Part shown: one piece after another, positions 11,160 through 21,190 of the stretch
How the letters are laid out: each line of letters begins with the position of its first letter
Position numbering within the stretch: position 1 is the stretch's first letter
Origin: an uncultured Spirochaetota bacterium
GTDB taxonomy: Bacteria > Spirochaetota > Brevinematia > Brevinematales > JAOACQ01
Length of the DNA: 64,000 bases
NCBI GenBank assembly: GCA_963835575.1
Contig: CAWIGG010000004.1
Coordinates: forward strand, 448,001-512,000
Direction of reading: 5' to 3'
Made by a program: the position numbers and the translations under genes
The notes under the pieces: model-generated
Told to the model about the DNA's origin: nothing
The model's database searches: none
The model's input: only the letters and a program-made list of their open reading frames with translations

Positions 11160-14100
11160 CATTATCAGAATTATCCATTAAGCGAAACGTTTTTGCCTGG
11201 ATATTAATTATAGCCTTTTTGCTTTTCGGGCTGATATCTTTTTCAAGATTGGGAGTGAGCCGTTTGCCCGATGTGGACCTGCCTGTCCTGACTGTCCGTT
11301 TGTCTTATCAGAACGCGGCGCCTGAAATTATGGAATCCGAAGTAGTGGACGTGATAGAAAGCGCATTGATGACTGTAGACGGTATCCGGACTGTCACATC
11401 CTCCAGCAAGCGCGGGGGCGCTAACATCACGATCGAATTTGAACTGAATAAGAATATAGATATAGCCCTGCAGGATGTGCAGGCGAAAATAGCTTCCGTG
11501 CAGCGCTCTCTGCCCAGTGATATGGACCCGCCGACCATTTCAAAGAGCAACCCGGAAGACGAGCCTATATTATGGTTAACTCTGGAAAGTGAAACCGCTT
11601 CCAGGCCGGAAATGATGGTTTATTTCCGCGATGAGCTGAAAGACCAGTTTACTAAAATCGCCGGGGTAGGCGATGTGGTCTTATACGGTTATTTTGAGCC
11701 CAATATCCGGGTTTGGCTTTCCGCTGACCAATTGAATCACTATAATTTATCACCTGTCGATATCGTAAATACTCTCAGCTCCGGAAATGTGCAGACACCG
11801 GCGGGGATTGTGAACCAGACAAAAAGAAGCTTTAATGTCAAAACGGTCGGCGAACTTACTTCCGTCGAGTCTTTCAGCAATTTGCTGATCAACCAGCGCG
11901 GCGGGCAGCCGAATTACATTCCCATCAAGCTTTCCCAGGTCGCTTCCGTCGAAAAAGGGACTGAAGACATATTGAGCATAAGCCGGGGGATGGGCAACGA
12001 GGCCGTCGGTTTCGGCATCCTCAAACAGCGGGGCGCCAATGAGGTGAGCGTGGCCCACCTGGTTAAGGACAAGCTTCAGGAACTCCAGAAAATTCTGCCG
12101 GCCGGCATGTATCTCGTGGTTAATATGGACAGCTCCGCTTTTACAGAGGACTCTGTGAACGACATGGTATTTACCCTGGTGCTTGCCGCGGTTTGTACGG
12201 CGCTGGTCTGCTGGCTTTTCCTCGGCAGTTTTTCTTCGACCATCAACATTCTCATGACCATTCCATTTTCAATTATCGGGGCATTCATCGCCATATATTT
12301 CCTGGGTTTTACACTGAATACCTTTACACTCATGGCGTTATCGCTTGTGATTGGTATTGTTGTGGATGACGCGATCATGGTGCTGGAGAACATCATGCGG
12401 CACCGGGAAGCCGGTGAAGGCCTTCTGAAGGCCGCTTTAAGCGGATCGAAAGAGATATCCTTCGCCGCTATTGCTACAACAGTGGCTATAGTCGCCATCT
12501 TTTTCCCGGTGGCCTTTATGGGCGGCGTTATCGGAAGGTTCTTTTACCAGTTCGGAGTAACGCTCGCGATATCCGTTCTGCTTTCACTTTTGGGGGCCCT
12601 GACTGTCACGCCGATGCTTTCTTCCCGCTTTTTGACAATTTCAGAAAAACTCAGCCGTTTCCGGCGGAAGTTCGATTCCCTGCTGGATAAAACTCGCGAG
12701 ATTTACTGGAAGACGCTCGCTGTGACGCTGAAACACCGGGCGACTGTTGTGATAATTTCAATCTTTTTATTTTTGATCAGCCTGTCCACCCTGTTTTTCA
12801 TCCCGAAGGAATTTGCCCCGGATGTGGATGAAGGAAGATTTTCCATTAATATCCGGACTTCAGTAGGAACCTCATTGGATTTTACGGACAGTAAAATTAA
12901 AGAAATGGAAGATATGCTCATGAATCGCCCGGAAATAAGTAGAATTTTCACATTCGCCGGCGGTTCTGATTTGAACAGCGGAAGATTGACAGTGCAGTTA
13001 AAAAAGAAAGGTGAAAGAGGTATTAATCCTGAGACGCACCGGGAATGGACGCAGAAAAATGCGATGGATACTTACCGGAAATTGCTCGCCCAGATCAAAG
13101 GGGTCCGGGCGACCATTCAGGACCTGGCTGCTCAAGTCATCCCGGGAACGGGCGGTTATCCGGTTGAATTTGTGGTCCAGGGCCCGGACTGGAACACATT
13201 GATTTCGAATTACCAGTTCATTACAAACCGGATGATGAACAGCGGAAAATTCCAGGATATTACAACTGATTACCGGGAAGGCGCGCCTGAAGTAGGCATT
13301 GTGCCGGACCGGCTGAAGGCGAATGAAAGAGGCGTGAGTATTTCGTCCATAGCGCAGACCGTCAACATTATGATAGGCAGTTTTGTGGCAGGAGAATATT
13401 ATGAAAACGGCCACCGCTATGATATCCGCGTGAAACTGCGCGACCCTGAAACCGACATTAAGAAACTGATCAAAAAAATTTTTGTCAGGAATATATTTGG
13501 CGAACTCATTCCTTTATCATCGGTCGCCGATCTCGTTGAGAGCCCGCAATTGGTCGCTATTAACCGGATGGACCGACAGCGGGCCATTAAAATCCAGGCA
13601 AATGCAGTTCCCGGCATCTCACAGGACGATGCTCTCAAGCTTGCCGGTAAAATCGCTTCCGATATTTTACCAAAGGGGTATTTTACAGCCTTCTCTGGTA
13701 CCGCGCGGGTATTCAATGAATCTTTCGTAAGCCTTTTGTTCGCTCTTATTCTGGGAATCTGCGTGGCCTATATGGTGCTCGCGGTGCAGTTCAACAGCTT
13801 TATGGACCCGCTCAGTATTCTCATGGCCCTGCCGTTCAGTGTTACCGGGGCATTCATTGCGCTTTTAATTGCCGGTAAATCTCTTAACATTTACAGTATG
13901 ATCGGACTCATTCTCTTGATGGGTATTGTGAAAAAGAACTCGATCATGCTGGTTGATTTTACCGATAAAATCCGGCGGAATGAGAACGCCGGCGTAACAG
14001 ACGCGCTTCTGAAGGCCTGTCCCATCAGGCTGCGCCCAATCCTCATGACAAGTTTTGCGATCCTTGCAGGTACTATTCCGGCCGCGCTCGCGTTAGGGCC

Positions 14101-14257
14101 GGGTTCGGAAACCCGTGTGCCTATGGCCGTTGCCGTAATTGGAGGAGTTCTTGTTTCCACGGTCCTGACGCTGTTCGTCGTACCGAGCGTTTACAGCCTC
14201 TTGAGCCGCTTTGAAGGGAAACATTCTCATGAAGCGGCTTTGAAGAAAATTAAATAA
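11156..14257 (+). CDS. RND efflux transporter permease (AcrB/D/F family)
   Basis: GIVVDDAIMVLENI, KNSIMLVDF, RLRPILMT. ATG at 11156 after a GGAGG RBS; the track start at 11099 is too long. Confidence 0.93.
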   Translation: MTLSELSIKRNVFAWILIIAFLLFGLISFSRLGVSRLPDVDLPVLTVRLSYQNAAPEIMESEVVDVIESALMTVDGIRTVTSSSKRGGANITIEFELNKNIDIALQDVQAKIASVQRSLPSDMDPPTISKSNPEDEPILWLTLESETASRPEMMVYFRDELKDQFTKIAGVGDVVLYGYFEPNIRVWLSADQLNHYNLSPVDIVNTLSSGNVQTPAGIVNQTKRSFNVKTVGELTSVESFSNLLINQRGGQPNYIPIKLSQVASVEKGTEDILSISRGMGNEAVGFGILKQRGANEVSVAHLVKDKLQELQKILPAGMYLVVNMDSSAFTEDSVNDMVFTLVLAAVCTALVCWLFLGSFSSTINILMTIPFSIIGAFIAIYFLGFTLNTFTLMALSLVIGIVVDDAIMVLENIMRHREAGEGLLKAALSGSKEISFAAIATTVAIVAIFFPVAFMGGVIGRFFYQFGVTLAISVLLSLLGALTVTPMLSSRFLTISEKLSRFRRKFDSLLDKTREIYWKTLAVTLKHRATVVIISIFLFLISLSTLFFIPKEFAPDVDEGRFSINIRTSVGTSLDFTDSKIKEMEDMLMNRPEISRIFTFAGGSDLNSGRLTVQLKKKGERGINPETHREWTQKNAMDTYRKLLAQIKGVRATIQDLAAQVIPGTGGYPVEFVVQGPDWNTLISNYQFITNRMMNSGKFQDITTDYREGAPEVGIVPDRLKANERGVSISSIAQTVNIMIGSFVAGEYYENGHRYDIRVKLRDPETDIKKLIKKIFVRNIFGELIPLSSVADLVESPQLVAINRMDRQRAIKIQANAVPGISQDDALKLAGKIASDILPKGYFTAFSGTARVFNESFVSLLFALILGICVAYMVLAVQFNSFMDPLSILMALPFSVTGAFIALLIAGKSLNIYSMIGLILLMGIVKKNSIMLVDFTDKIRRNENAGVTDALLKACPIRLRPILMTSFAILAGTIPAALALGPGSETRVPMAVAVIGGVLVSTVLTLFVVPSVYSLLSRFEGKHSHEAALKKIK

Positions 14258-14443
14258 AGGCTGTATTAAGTCAGAAATTTTATCAGTCTTTCTGTTTTTA
14301 ATCTTAAGCGGTAAATCCATGGCCAGAATTCCGTCCGCCGTCAATAATAAATACTCTCCAGCCTTCTTATTCTTCTTTCCGCTTATTGATAAATTTATGC
14401 TTTTTCATTATCATTAAATACCCAAAAGATAAAGGAAAGCAAA

Positions 14444-15037
14444 ATGGATGTTTTCATATCGCTTGTCGTATTCGGTCTGGCGGTATTTCTCTTTTTTATG
14501 ACCAGGAATAAAATCAAGAACATAAAAGATCATGTTATTATAGAGGACGCGAGAAAGGAGCTGGAAAGCGTCATAGCCGAGTTCAACGGCGCCGCGTCGC
14601 GGAATGTGGAGCTTCTGGAAAGTAAAATTACGGAACTGCAGGAGATGATCAATAAGGCGAATAATAAAATGATCACAATGGATGAAAAGATCGGGCGTAT
14701 GAATAAGCCCATCGTGATTGAAAAAATTGTGGAAAAAAAGGCGCCTTCCAGGAAAGAAAAACAAAAAGAAACAGTTGTAAAAAAAGAACAGCCGGAAAAA
14801 GAGAAAGTGGAAGCTTTAGCCAGACATTCCTATGAAAAAGGAAAAATGCTTTCTCTGAACGAGCCGGAGGAAGTTGTTCGGGAAAAGCCCTTTGTCACGC
14901 CTTTGAACGAAATGTCCCGGAGCGAAAAGCTCAAATACCTCATCAGAACGGGCAAGTCGAAGGAAGAGCTTATGGACCTGGGCTTTATGGAGAACAAGAT
15001 CAACCTGATCTCATTTTTATTAAAAAAAAGCGGATAG
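14444..15037 (+). CDS. Hypothetical membrane-anchored coiled-coil protein
   Basis: N-terminal hydrophobic helix, coiled coil, charged linker; RBS AAGGA. Confidence 0.7.
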   Translation: MDVFISLVVFGLAVFLFFMTRNKIKNIKDHVIIEDARKELESVIAEFNGAASRNVELLESKITELQEMINKANNKMITMDEKIGRMNKPIVIEKIVEKKAPSRKEKQKETVVKKEQPEKEKVEALARHSYEKGKMLSLNEPEEVVREKPFVTPLNEMSRSEKLKYLIRTGKSKEELMDLGFMENKINLISFLLKKSG

Positions 15038-15080
15038 TTTTGATTTTTTAAATAAACCGCAGACTTTGAGGAAAACCGGA

Positions 15081-15270
15081 TAATCCGCTAATACACGCGA
15101 ATGAACGCGAATGAAAATTGAATGATTTGTAAAATAAATATTAACTTGTTGTGGTTTCGTAAAGTTTGGCGGGCGATCGGATCCGCTAAGCATGCGGAAA
15201 GATGTTAAAAGGAATCGAATAAAAATAAAGCAATATTTAAGTTGGCATGACTTAGCGTGGCTTCGCGGAA
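15081..15270. repeat. Degenerate periodic inverted-repeat elements (CGCGAAT-type)
   Basis: CCGCTAATACACGCGAATGAACGCGAAT arm, plus a CCGCTAAG... / ...CTTAGCGTGGCTTCGCGG pair. Confidence 0.5.
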
Positions 15271-15331
15271 GACTATATAATCCATTATATGAGTGAACTA
15301 ATATGAAAATTAAAAATTGAGGGGGAACAGT

Positions 15332-18097
15332 GTGCCGGAAAAAGGGAAAAAAATCATGCTCCTGGACGGGACGGGGCTTGTGTACCGCGCTTATTACGCT
15401 TTTATTTCCCGGCCTCTCACGACCACACGCGGCGAGAACACATCGGCGCTCTTCGGGTTTCTCAAGATCCTTCTGCAGATCATCCGGGATTTTCAGCCCG
15501 ATTCGGTGATCACCGCTTTCGATATTTCAAGGAAGACATTCCGGCAGAGGATCTACGCCCAGTATAAAGCCCAGCGGGAGGAAACCCCGCCGGACCTGAA
15601 AGCCCAGATCCCTTTGATAATCGAAATGCTTCAGTTGATGAAAATCCCCGTGCTTGAGATGGAGGATTATGAGGCGGACAATATCATCGGCGCGCTTTCT
15701 GTAAAGCTCAAAAAAGAGAATGATGTTTATATTGTTTCCGGCGATAAGGACCTGCTCCAGCTTGTCGGCGGCAGGGTGCTTGCCCTGCGTCCCCAGCATG
15801 GGTTGAACGAAGTGAACCTTCTGGACAGTGAGGCGGTCAAGAAAGACTTCGGCGTCTATCCCGGGCAGATCCCCGACTACCTGGCCATAGTCGGCGACGC
15901 CTCAGATAACATCCCGGGCGTGAAAGGCATCGGTGAAAAGGGCGCTTCAGGGCTTCTGAGCACCTATTCCACCCTCGAGGATATCTACGGCCATATTGAG
16001 GACATCAAAGGGGCTATGAAGCAGAAGCTCATTGACAACAGGGATAACGCCTTCCTCAGCAAAAAACTCGCTGTGATAGAGACAGGCATTCCAGTGGAAG
16101 ATGATGTTCTGAAATACCGGCTTGACATTCAGAGTTTTCTCGCGCCGGAAGTTATAAAAAAACTCGAACACTATCAGATCACATCGATCGTTCAGGACAT
16201 AAAAAAGCTCATGCCTTCCGGGCCGGCGGAAAATATTAAGGATGGACTCTTTACAGAGGAAGAAGCGAAACTCGCGAGCGCAAAGGAACTCGACGGCGAT
16301 TATAAATTGATCACAAAAGAAAAAGAGCTGAAAACTCTCATTGAAAAAATAAAAAAGAAAAAATTCATGTCCCTTGATACTGAAACAACTTCTGCCAATC
16401 CGAATAACGCATCGCTTATCGGGATTTCAGTTTCGCTGGAAGAAGGGAGCGGTTTTTTTATCCCCGTTCTTTACGCGGCCGGCCAGGAATTCGATAAGGA
16501 ATTCACGATCAGGCATTTTAAGGAAATCCTGGAAGACGGCTCCATTAAAAAGACCGGCCAGAACATTAAATACGAGATCGAGGTTTTCCGTCAGGAAGGC
16601 ATTATCATTCAGGGCGCCGCTTTCGACACGATGATCGCGGCCTATCTCATCAATCCGACGCGCACGCATAATAACCTTGAAAGCCTTGTGCTGGAATACC
16701 TGGGGCTTAAGAAAAAGGAATACAAGGAGATGCTGAAGAATGTGGATAAAAAAGACAAGACCCTTCTTGATATTCCCATAGAAGAGCTTGTCAAATACGC
16801 CTGCGGCGATTCGGATTCCACGCTCAGGCTGAAGAATATTCTGGAGCCGCTGATTGAAAAATTCAATCTCGGCGGCGTTTTTTATGAAATTGAGGTCCCT
16901 CTTATCGCTGTCCTGGCCGAAATGGAAATCGCAGGCGTCAGGATCGATACGGAAAAACTCAAAAAGCTTTCAAAAGAACTGGAAGTCTCGATGAAAAAAT
17001 TGGAGGAAAGAATCTATCATCTAGCCGGTCATGATTTTAATATCAATTCCCCGTCACAGCTCGGCAAGGTCCTTTTTGAGGAGCTGGGCCTCGGCGCTGT
17101 CAAGAAAACAGAAGGGGGGAAAGCCTCGACGGATGAGGAAGTCCTGTCCGTACTGGCTTATATCCACCCCCTGCCGGCGGAAATCCTGAAGTACAGGACT
17201 TATTCAAAATTAAAAAACACCTATATCGACGCACTTCCCGCACTGATCCTTGAAAAAACCGGCCGGATTCATACCAGTTTTAATCAGACGATCACCGCCA
17301 CAGGCAGGCTTTCATCCAGCGACCCGAATCTCCAGAACATTCCCGTCCGGGATGAGCTCGGCAGGGAAATCCGGAAGGCGTTCATAGCGGACAAAGGAAA
17401 TGTACTCATCAGCGCGGATTATTCGCAGATCGAGCTGAGAGTTCTCGCGCACTTCTGCAGGGACAAGAATATGCTGAAGGCATTCAATCAGAACCTGGAT
17501 ATCCACGCTCATACCGCGGCCCTGGTTTTCGGCGTGAATGAAAAAGACGTGACGCCTGAAATGCGGCAGAGGGCGAAAGGCGTCAATTTCGGCATCATAT
17601 ACGGCCTGCAGTCTTACGGTCTTTCAAAGCAGATCGGGATTTCAATAGGCGAAGCCCGGGAATTCATTCAAAATTATTTTAAAAGCTTCCCGAAGGTCAA
17701 GGCTTTTGTCGATGAAATACTTCTTGAGGCGCAGAATACGGGCGAGATGCGGACTCTTTCCGGCAGGTACAGGAAATTTCCAGACCTTAAGGGAAAGGAG
17801 ATCAAGCCGGATTACCTCAGCGCGTCGCAGAGGATGGCGCTGAACACAAAAATGCAGGGAAGCGCCGCCGATATCATCAAGATCGCCATGATAGAGCTTC
17901 AAAAATATATAACGGAAAATAAACCTGCCGCCCGGCTTTTGCTTCAGATACATGACGAGCTTGTGTTAGAAGTCAAGGAAAAAGAAGCGGATGAGATGAA
18001 AGAAGCGCTCAAGCATATCATGGAGAATGCTTATAAACTGGATGTGCCGCTGGTTGTCGATGTCGGGACCGGGAAAAACTGGGGTGAGGCGCATTAG
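15332..18097 (+). CDS. polA: DNA polymerase I
   Basis: 5' nuclease domain (GDKDL, DNIPGVKGIGEK), 3'-5' exonuclease DTET, polymerase motifs DYSQIELR, KGVNFGIIYG, QIHDEL. GTG start after GAGGGG. Confidence 0.97.
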   Translation: MPEKGKKIMLLDGTGLVYRAYYAFISRPLTTTRGENTSALFGFLKILLQIIRDFQPDSVITAFDISRKTFRQRIYAQYKAQREETPPDLKAQIPLIIEMLQLMKIPVLEMEDYEADNIIGALSVKLKKENDVYIVSGDKDLLQLVGGRVLALRPQHGLNEVNLLDSEAVKKDFGVYPGQIPDYLAIVGDASDNIPGVKGIGEKGASGLLSTYSTLEDIYGHIEDIKGAMKQKLIDNRDNAFLSKKLAVIETGIPVEDDVLKYRLDIQSFLAPEVIKKLEHYQITSIVQDIKKLMPSGPAENIKDGLFTEEEAKLASAKELDGDYKLITKEKELKTLIEKIKKKKFMSLDTETTSANPNNASLIGISVSLEEGSGFFIPVLYAAGQEFDKEFTIRHFKEILEDGSIKKTGQNIKYEIEVFRQEGIIIQGAAFDTMIAAYLINPTRTHNNLESLVLEYLGLKKKEYKEMLKNVDKKDKTLLDIPIEELVKYACGDSDSTLRLKNILEPLIEKFNLGGVFYEIEVPLIAVLAEMEIAGVRIDTEKLKKLSKELEVSMKKLEERIYHLAGHDFNINSPSQLGKVLFEELGLGAVKKTEGGKASTDEEVLSVLAYIHPLPAEILKYRTYSKLKNTYIDALPALILEKTGRIHTSFNQTITATGRLSSSDPNLQNIPVRDELGREIRKAFIADKGNVLISADYSQIELRVLAHFCRDKNMLKAFNQNLDIHAHTAALVFGVNEKDVTPEMRQRAKGVNFGIIYGLQSYGLSKQIGISIGEAREFIQNYFKSFPKVKAFVDEILLEAQNTGEMRTLSGRYRKFPDLKGKEIKPDYLSASQRMALNTKMQGSAADIIKIAMIELQKYITENKPAARLLLQIHDELVLEVKEKEADEMKEALKHIMENAYKLDVPLVVDVGTGKNWGEAH

Positions 18098-18205
18098 CTT
18101 CATTGATGATGCTTTTTTAAAGTATCCGATTTTTAACACGGATTAGACGGATTCAGGTCGATTGCCGCGGATTTTATTCTTAATAATAATTTGCATATAA
18201 TATTT

Positions 18206-18951
18206 GTTAGCTGAAAGGCGCAGAAAATTGGAGAAAATCAAATGACGAATTATGTTAAAATAATTTCTAATTCTATTACAAATTACGCTTATTTAATCCC
18301 TAAAAATCTTGATATAATAAATGCTATAATTATTCCTATTTTACCAGGGGCTATTACTGGAGCGGTTATTGGTATACTTGTTTTTTATTTTACAAGCTGG
18401 AAAACTGAAAAGAAATTAAGGATAACAAAATCTATAGTTGGTGATGCTCTATTGGCATCGTTCGCCGAAGAAGTTCAAAATGGCATTAACCTTATCGAAA
18501 CATTAGTTGATTTGATTAATATCTATTTGGATAATAGGCAAAAAGAACCAAATAATAAATTTATAATGCCAAAGAAATTTTATATGATGCCAAATAAAAG
18601 TTGGGATGGTATGAAATCTGTTTCAGATGAAATACTAGAAAGAATAATAAAGGTATCAAAAAATATTGAGAATGATATATTTCCACCAAAAGAAATTAAA
18701 ACTCATTTGAAAAATTATTTTGAATTCATTTGCTCAAATGTTAATGATATAAATAAAGAATTGTTATCTTTATCAGGAAATCACGTAGAATCCAACTATT
18801 TAACTGATTGTAAAACATCTTTATCAAACAATCTAGATGCGTCAAGAAAAGTACTTAAAACATTAAAAGTATTGCAAAATAAATTAGTAAAAAATGGAAA
18901 TGAAATATTTCCTAAATAACTTTAATAAATTTTCTGTGCCCATCAACTAAC
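18206..18951 (+). mobile_element. Integron-type gene cassette-like unit (GTTAGCT ... AACTAAC), attC apparently truncated
   Basis: GTTAGCTGAAAGGCGCAGAAAATT (18206-18229) is complementary at 20 of 24 nt to AATTTTCTGTGCCCATCAACTAAC (18928-18951). The two sites tightly bracket a single ORF. Confidence 0.6.
18242..18919 (+). CDS. Hypothetical AT-rich protein with one N-terminal transmembrane helix
   Basis: 225-aa ORF with GGAG RBS and hydrophobic segment AIIIPILPGAITGAVIGILVFYF. No recognised domain. Confidence 0.75.
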   Translation: MTNYVKIISNSITNYAYLIPKNLDIINAIIIPILPGAITGAVIGILVFYFTSWKTEKKLRITKSIVGDALLASFAEEVQNGINLIETLVDLINIYLDNRQKEPNNKFIMPKKFYMMPNKSWDGMKSVSDEILERIIKVSKNIENDIFPPKEIKTHLKNYFEFICSNVNDINKELLSLSGNHVESNYLTDCKTSLSNNLDASRKVLKTLKVLQNKLVKNGNEIFPK

Positions 18952-19148
18952 CAGTGGCTAAAACACTCTGGTGCTCGCCGTTAACGACTGCTCCGCTCCT
19001 CGCCGCGGACTGCCCCCAATTCCCCAGAATCCATCTTGCCTTTCCAGAGTACCGAATATCGGTAATAATGCAGCTTTGACAAAACTAAATCCTAAAAATC
19101 CAACTAATCCGTGTAAATCCGTGTTAACAATCGGATATTACAATAAAG

Positions 19149-20237
19149 CTATAGTATTACAGCCTTCACATAAATCCTGCCGGGATATTGTGTTACAAGG
19201 CCACGCATTTCCATCATTGTCAGAATATGGTTCAGCCGGGGCAGTTCCAATCCAGTCAAACCGATCAGATCGTCAAACAGTGTTTCTCCGGAAAGATGTT
19301 CGAGGACCAGTTTTTCCTCGCGGGAAAGATTATCGATTTCAGCCTGAGGGATTTTATTTATTTTCTTGGCTTTCCTGCCCAGTATATCCAGGACGATTTC
19401 TTCGGGACTCAGCGCTATCCTGGCCCCTTTCTGTATCAGTGCGTTTGAGCCCTTGTTTTTCGGTTCTATGGGATTTCCCGGAACTGCATAAAGTTCCCTT
19501 CCCTGGGCCTCGGCATAATTCGCGGTGATAAGCGCGCCCGATTTTTCAGGCGCCTGAATAATCAGGACAGCATCGGCCAGGCCGCTGATGACGCGGTTCC
19601 TCAGCGGGAAATGGGATTTTAAGGACGCGGCGCCCGGAGGATATTCCGAGATAACAGCGCCTTTCCGGCAGATTTCATGGTACAGCTCTCTATGCTCCGC
19701 CGGATAAACGACATCAATACCGCTGCCCAGGACCGCGGCTGTAAATCCGTCATTGGAAAGCGCCGTCCGCTGGGCTATTGAATCATGGCCTTTTGCCATG
19801 CCGCTCACTATCCCGATGTTATAGCTCACAAGCTCTTTTGTCATGTATTCATTAATGGAGGCCGCTTCCGGCGTGACTGAGCGGGTCCCGACTATGGCAA
19901 TCATCTTTACGGAATAATTCATTTGTCCTATTTGATAATAGAGAAAAGGGGCGTCCGGGATTTCCTTCAGGCGGGGATGATAGAGAGTGCTTTCCCTGGC
20001 GATCATCTGAATGTTCTTTTTCCCGCAGATTTCGACAATTTTTTCACCGCGTGGGAGCATATCTTTAAAGAACTGAATATGTTCCTCGTTTTTAATTCCT
20101 AAAAAACCCATCATCTCACCGGGTTTCAGGTCAAAAAAGCTTTTCAGGTCTGGAAATTCCAAGCGGATTTTGTCGTACCTTCTCGGACCTATCGATTCGT
20201 TATAGCTCAGGGCCGCGTAATAAACCAGTTCATCCAT
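19149..20237 (-). CDS. dprA: DNA-processing protein DprA
   Basis: AIVGTR, VSGMAKG, VLGSGIDVVYP, FPLRNRVISGL, SGALITA, C-terminal winged helix. Confidence 0.95.
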   Translation of the reverse strand: MDELVYYAALSYNESIGPRRYDKIRLEFPDLKSFFDLKPGEMMGFLGIKNEEHIQFFKDMLPRGEKIVEICGKKNIQMIARESTLYHPRLKEIPDAPFLYYQIGQMNYSVKMIAIVGTRSVTPEAASINEYMTKELVSYNIGIVSGMAKGHDSIAQRTALSNDGFTAAVLGSGIDVVYPAEHRELYHEICRKGAVISEYPPGAASLKSHFPLRNRVISGLADAVLIIQAPEKSGALITANYAEAQGRELYAVPGNPIEPKNKGSNALIQKGARIALSPEEIVLDILGRKAKKINKIPQAEIDNLSREEKLVLEHLSGETLFDDLIGLTGLELPRLNHILTMMEMRGLVTQYPGRIYVKAVIL

Positions 20238-20255
20238 ATCAGCCTCTAATTATTT

Positions 20256-20425
20256 TATGGGCAGTTCTAAAAACTCATATTTTTAGAACTGCCGACTTTG
20301 TATTAGATCATGCAGCCGCTGAGTTCGCGCGGCGAACTCCTCGCGGCAGCGTTATTTATATAATCCATAAGGTTTTTTATAGCAAGGCAGTTCTAAAAAC
20401 TTAAAGGTTTTTGGAACTGCTCTTA
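20256..20425. repeat. MITE-like three-hairpin element, copy 1
   Basis: GGCAGTTCTAAAAA...TTTTTAGAACTGCC hairpin, central GAGTTCGC...GCGAACTC hairpin, second GCAGTTCTAAAAAC...GTTTTTGGAACTGC hairpin. Confidence 0.75.
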
Positions 20426-20506
20426 TTAAAGTCTTTTATTATATCAAAAATCGGTATTTTTAGTAAAATTTTTGTAATAAGCTTTTTTATACTGGAATAT
20501 TAAAAA

Positions 20507-20535
20507 TTGATGTTTTAAAAGGGTATATTTATAAT
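20507..20535 (+). promoter_or_regulatory. Putative sigma70 promoter of the MBL-queA pair
   Basis: TTGATG-17 bp-TATAAT, 22 bp upstream of the ATG. Confidence 0.55.
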
Positions 20536-20557
20536 ATTGCTCCTTTAAGGAGTTATT

Positions 20558-21190
20558 ATGAAAATTACACGGTTTTATTCAGGCTCTTATTATTCAAACT
20601 GTTATCTTGTCCTGAATGAGGACGGGAATAAAGCCCTGATTATAGACCCGATCGATGATTCGGAAGAAATGCTGAATGCCATGGACGGACTGGAGCTTTT
20701 GTATATCGTCAATACCCATGGGCATTTTGATCATATTTCAGGCAATTCAATCGTTCAGGAGAAAACAAAGGCCCCGATTGTGATCGGTTCCGCTGACGCT
20801 CCGATGCTGATTGAGCCCGCGCTTAATTTATCCGCTTTTTTTTCAACACCGGTTGTTTCACCGCCCGCCGATATCGAAATTGAAAAGGAAAATAATGTGC
20901 TGAAGCTTGGCAGGCTGGAGTTTCGCGTCCTCTTTTTTCCCGGACATACAGAAGGCGGTCTGGCGCTTTATCAGAAGGAAGAAAAAGCCCTTATTTCCGG
21001 GGACTTTATTTTTCAGGATTCGATCGGTCGGATGGATTCCCCCTCGGGCAGCGTTTCTCAGATGAAAAGTTCTCTGGAAAAAGTTATGCTGCTTCCGTCA
21101 GACACACGCGTTTATCCGGGGCATGGCCTTCCTTTTCTGCTCTCTGATTTTAAAAACAATATATATCCTGAAATCATTCAAGAGTTTTAG
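20558..21190 (+). CDS. MBL-fold metallo-hydrolase (glyoxalase II/YcbL-like)
   Basis: THGHFDH, PGHT, SGDFIF, YPGHG. Confidence 0.9.
   Translation: MKITRFYSGSYYSNCYLVLNEDGNKALIIDPIDDSEEMLNAMDGLELLYIVNTHGHFDHISGNSIVQEKTKAPIVIGSADAPMLIEPALNLSAFFSTPVVSPPADIEIEKENNVLKLGRLEFRVLFFPGHTEGGLALYQKEEKALISGDFIFQDSIGRMDSPSGSVSQMKSSLEKVMLLPSDTRVYPGHGLPFLLSDFKNNIYPEIIQEF

Larger units (their letters stand above)
18123..19137. repeat. CACGGATT-type periodic inverted-repeat pair enclosing an AT-rich gene
   Basis: Left arm TATCCGATTTTTAACACGGATTAGACGGATT; reverse complement of right arm TATCCGATTGTTAACACGGATTTACACGGATT. Confidence 0.8.

Noticed and set aside
18971..19528. 185-aa plus-strand ORF
   Set aside because: Reads through the attC-like tract and repeat arm, then runs antisense to dprA.
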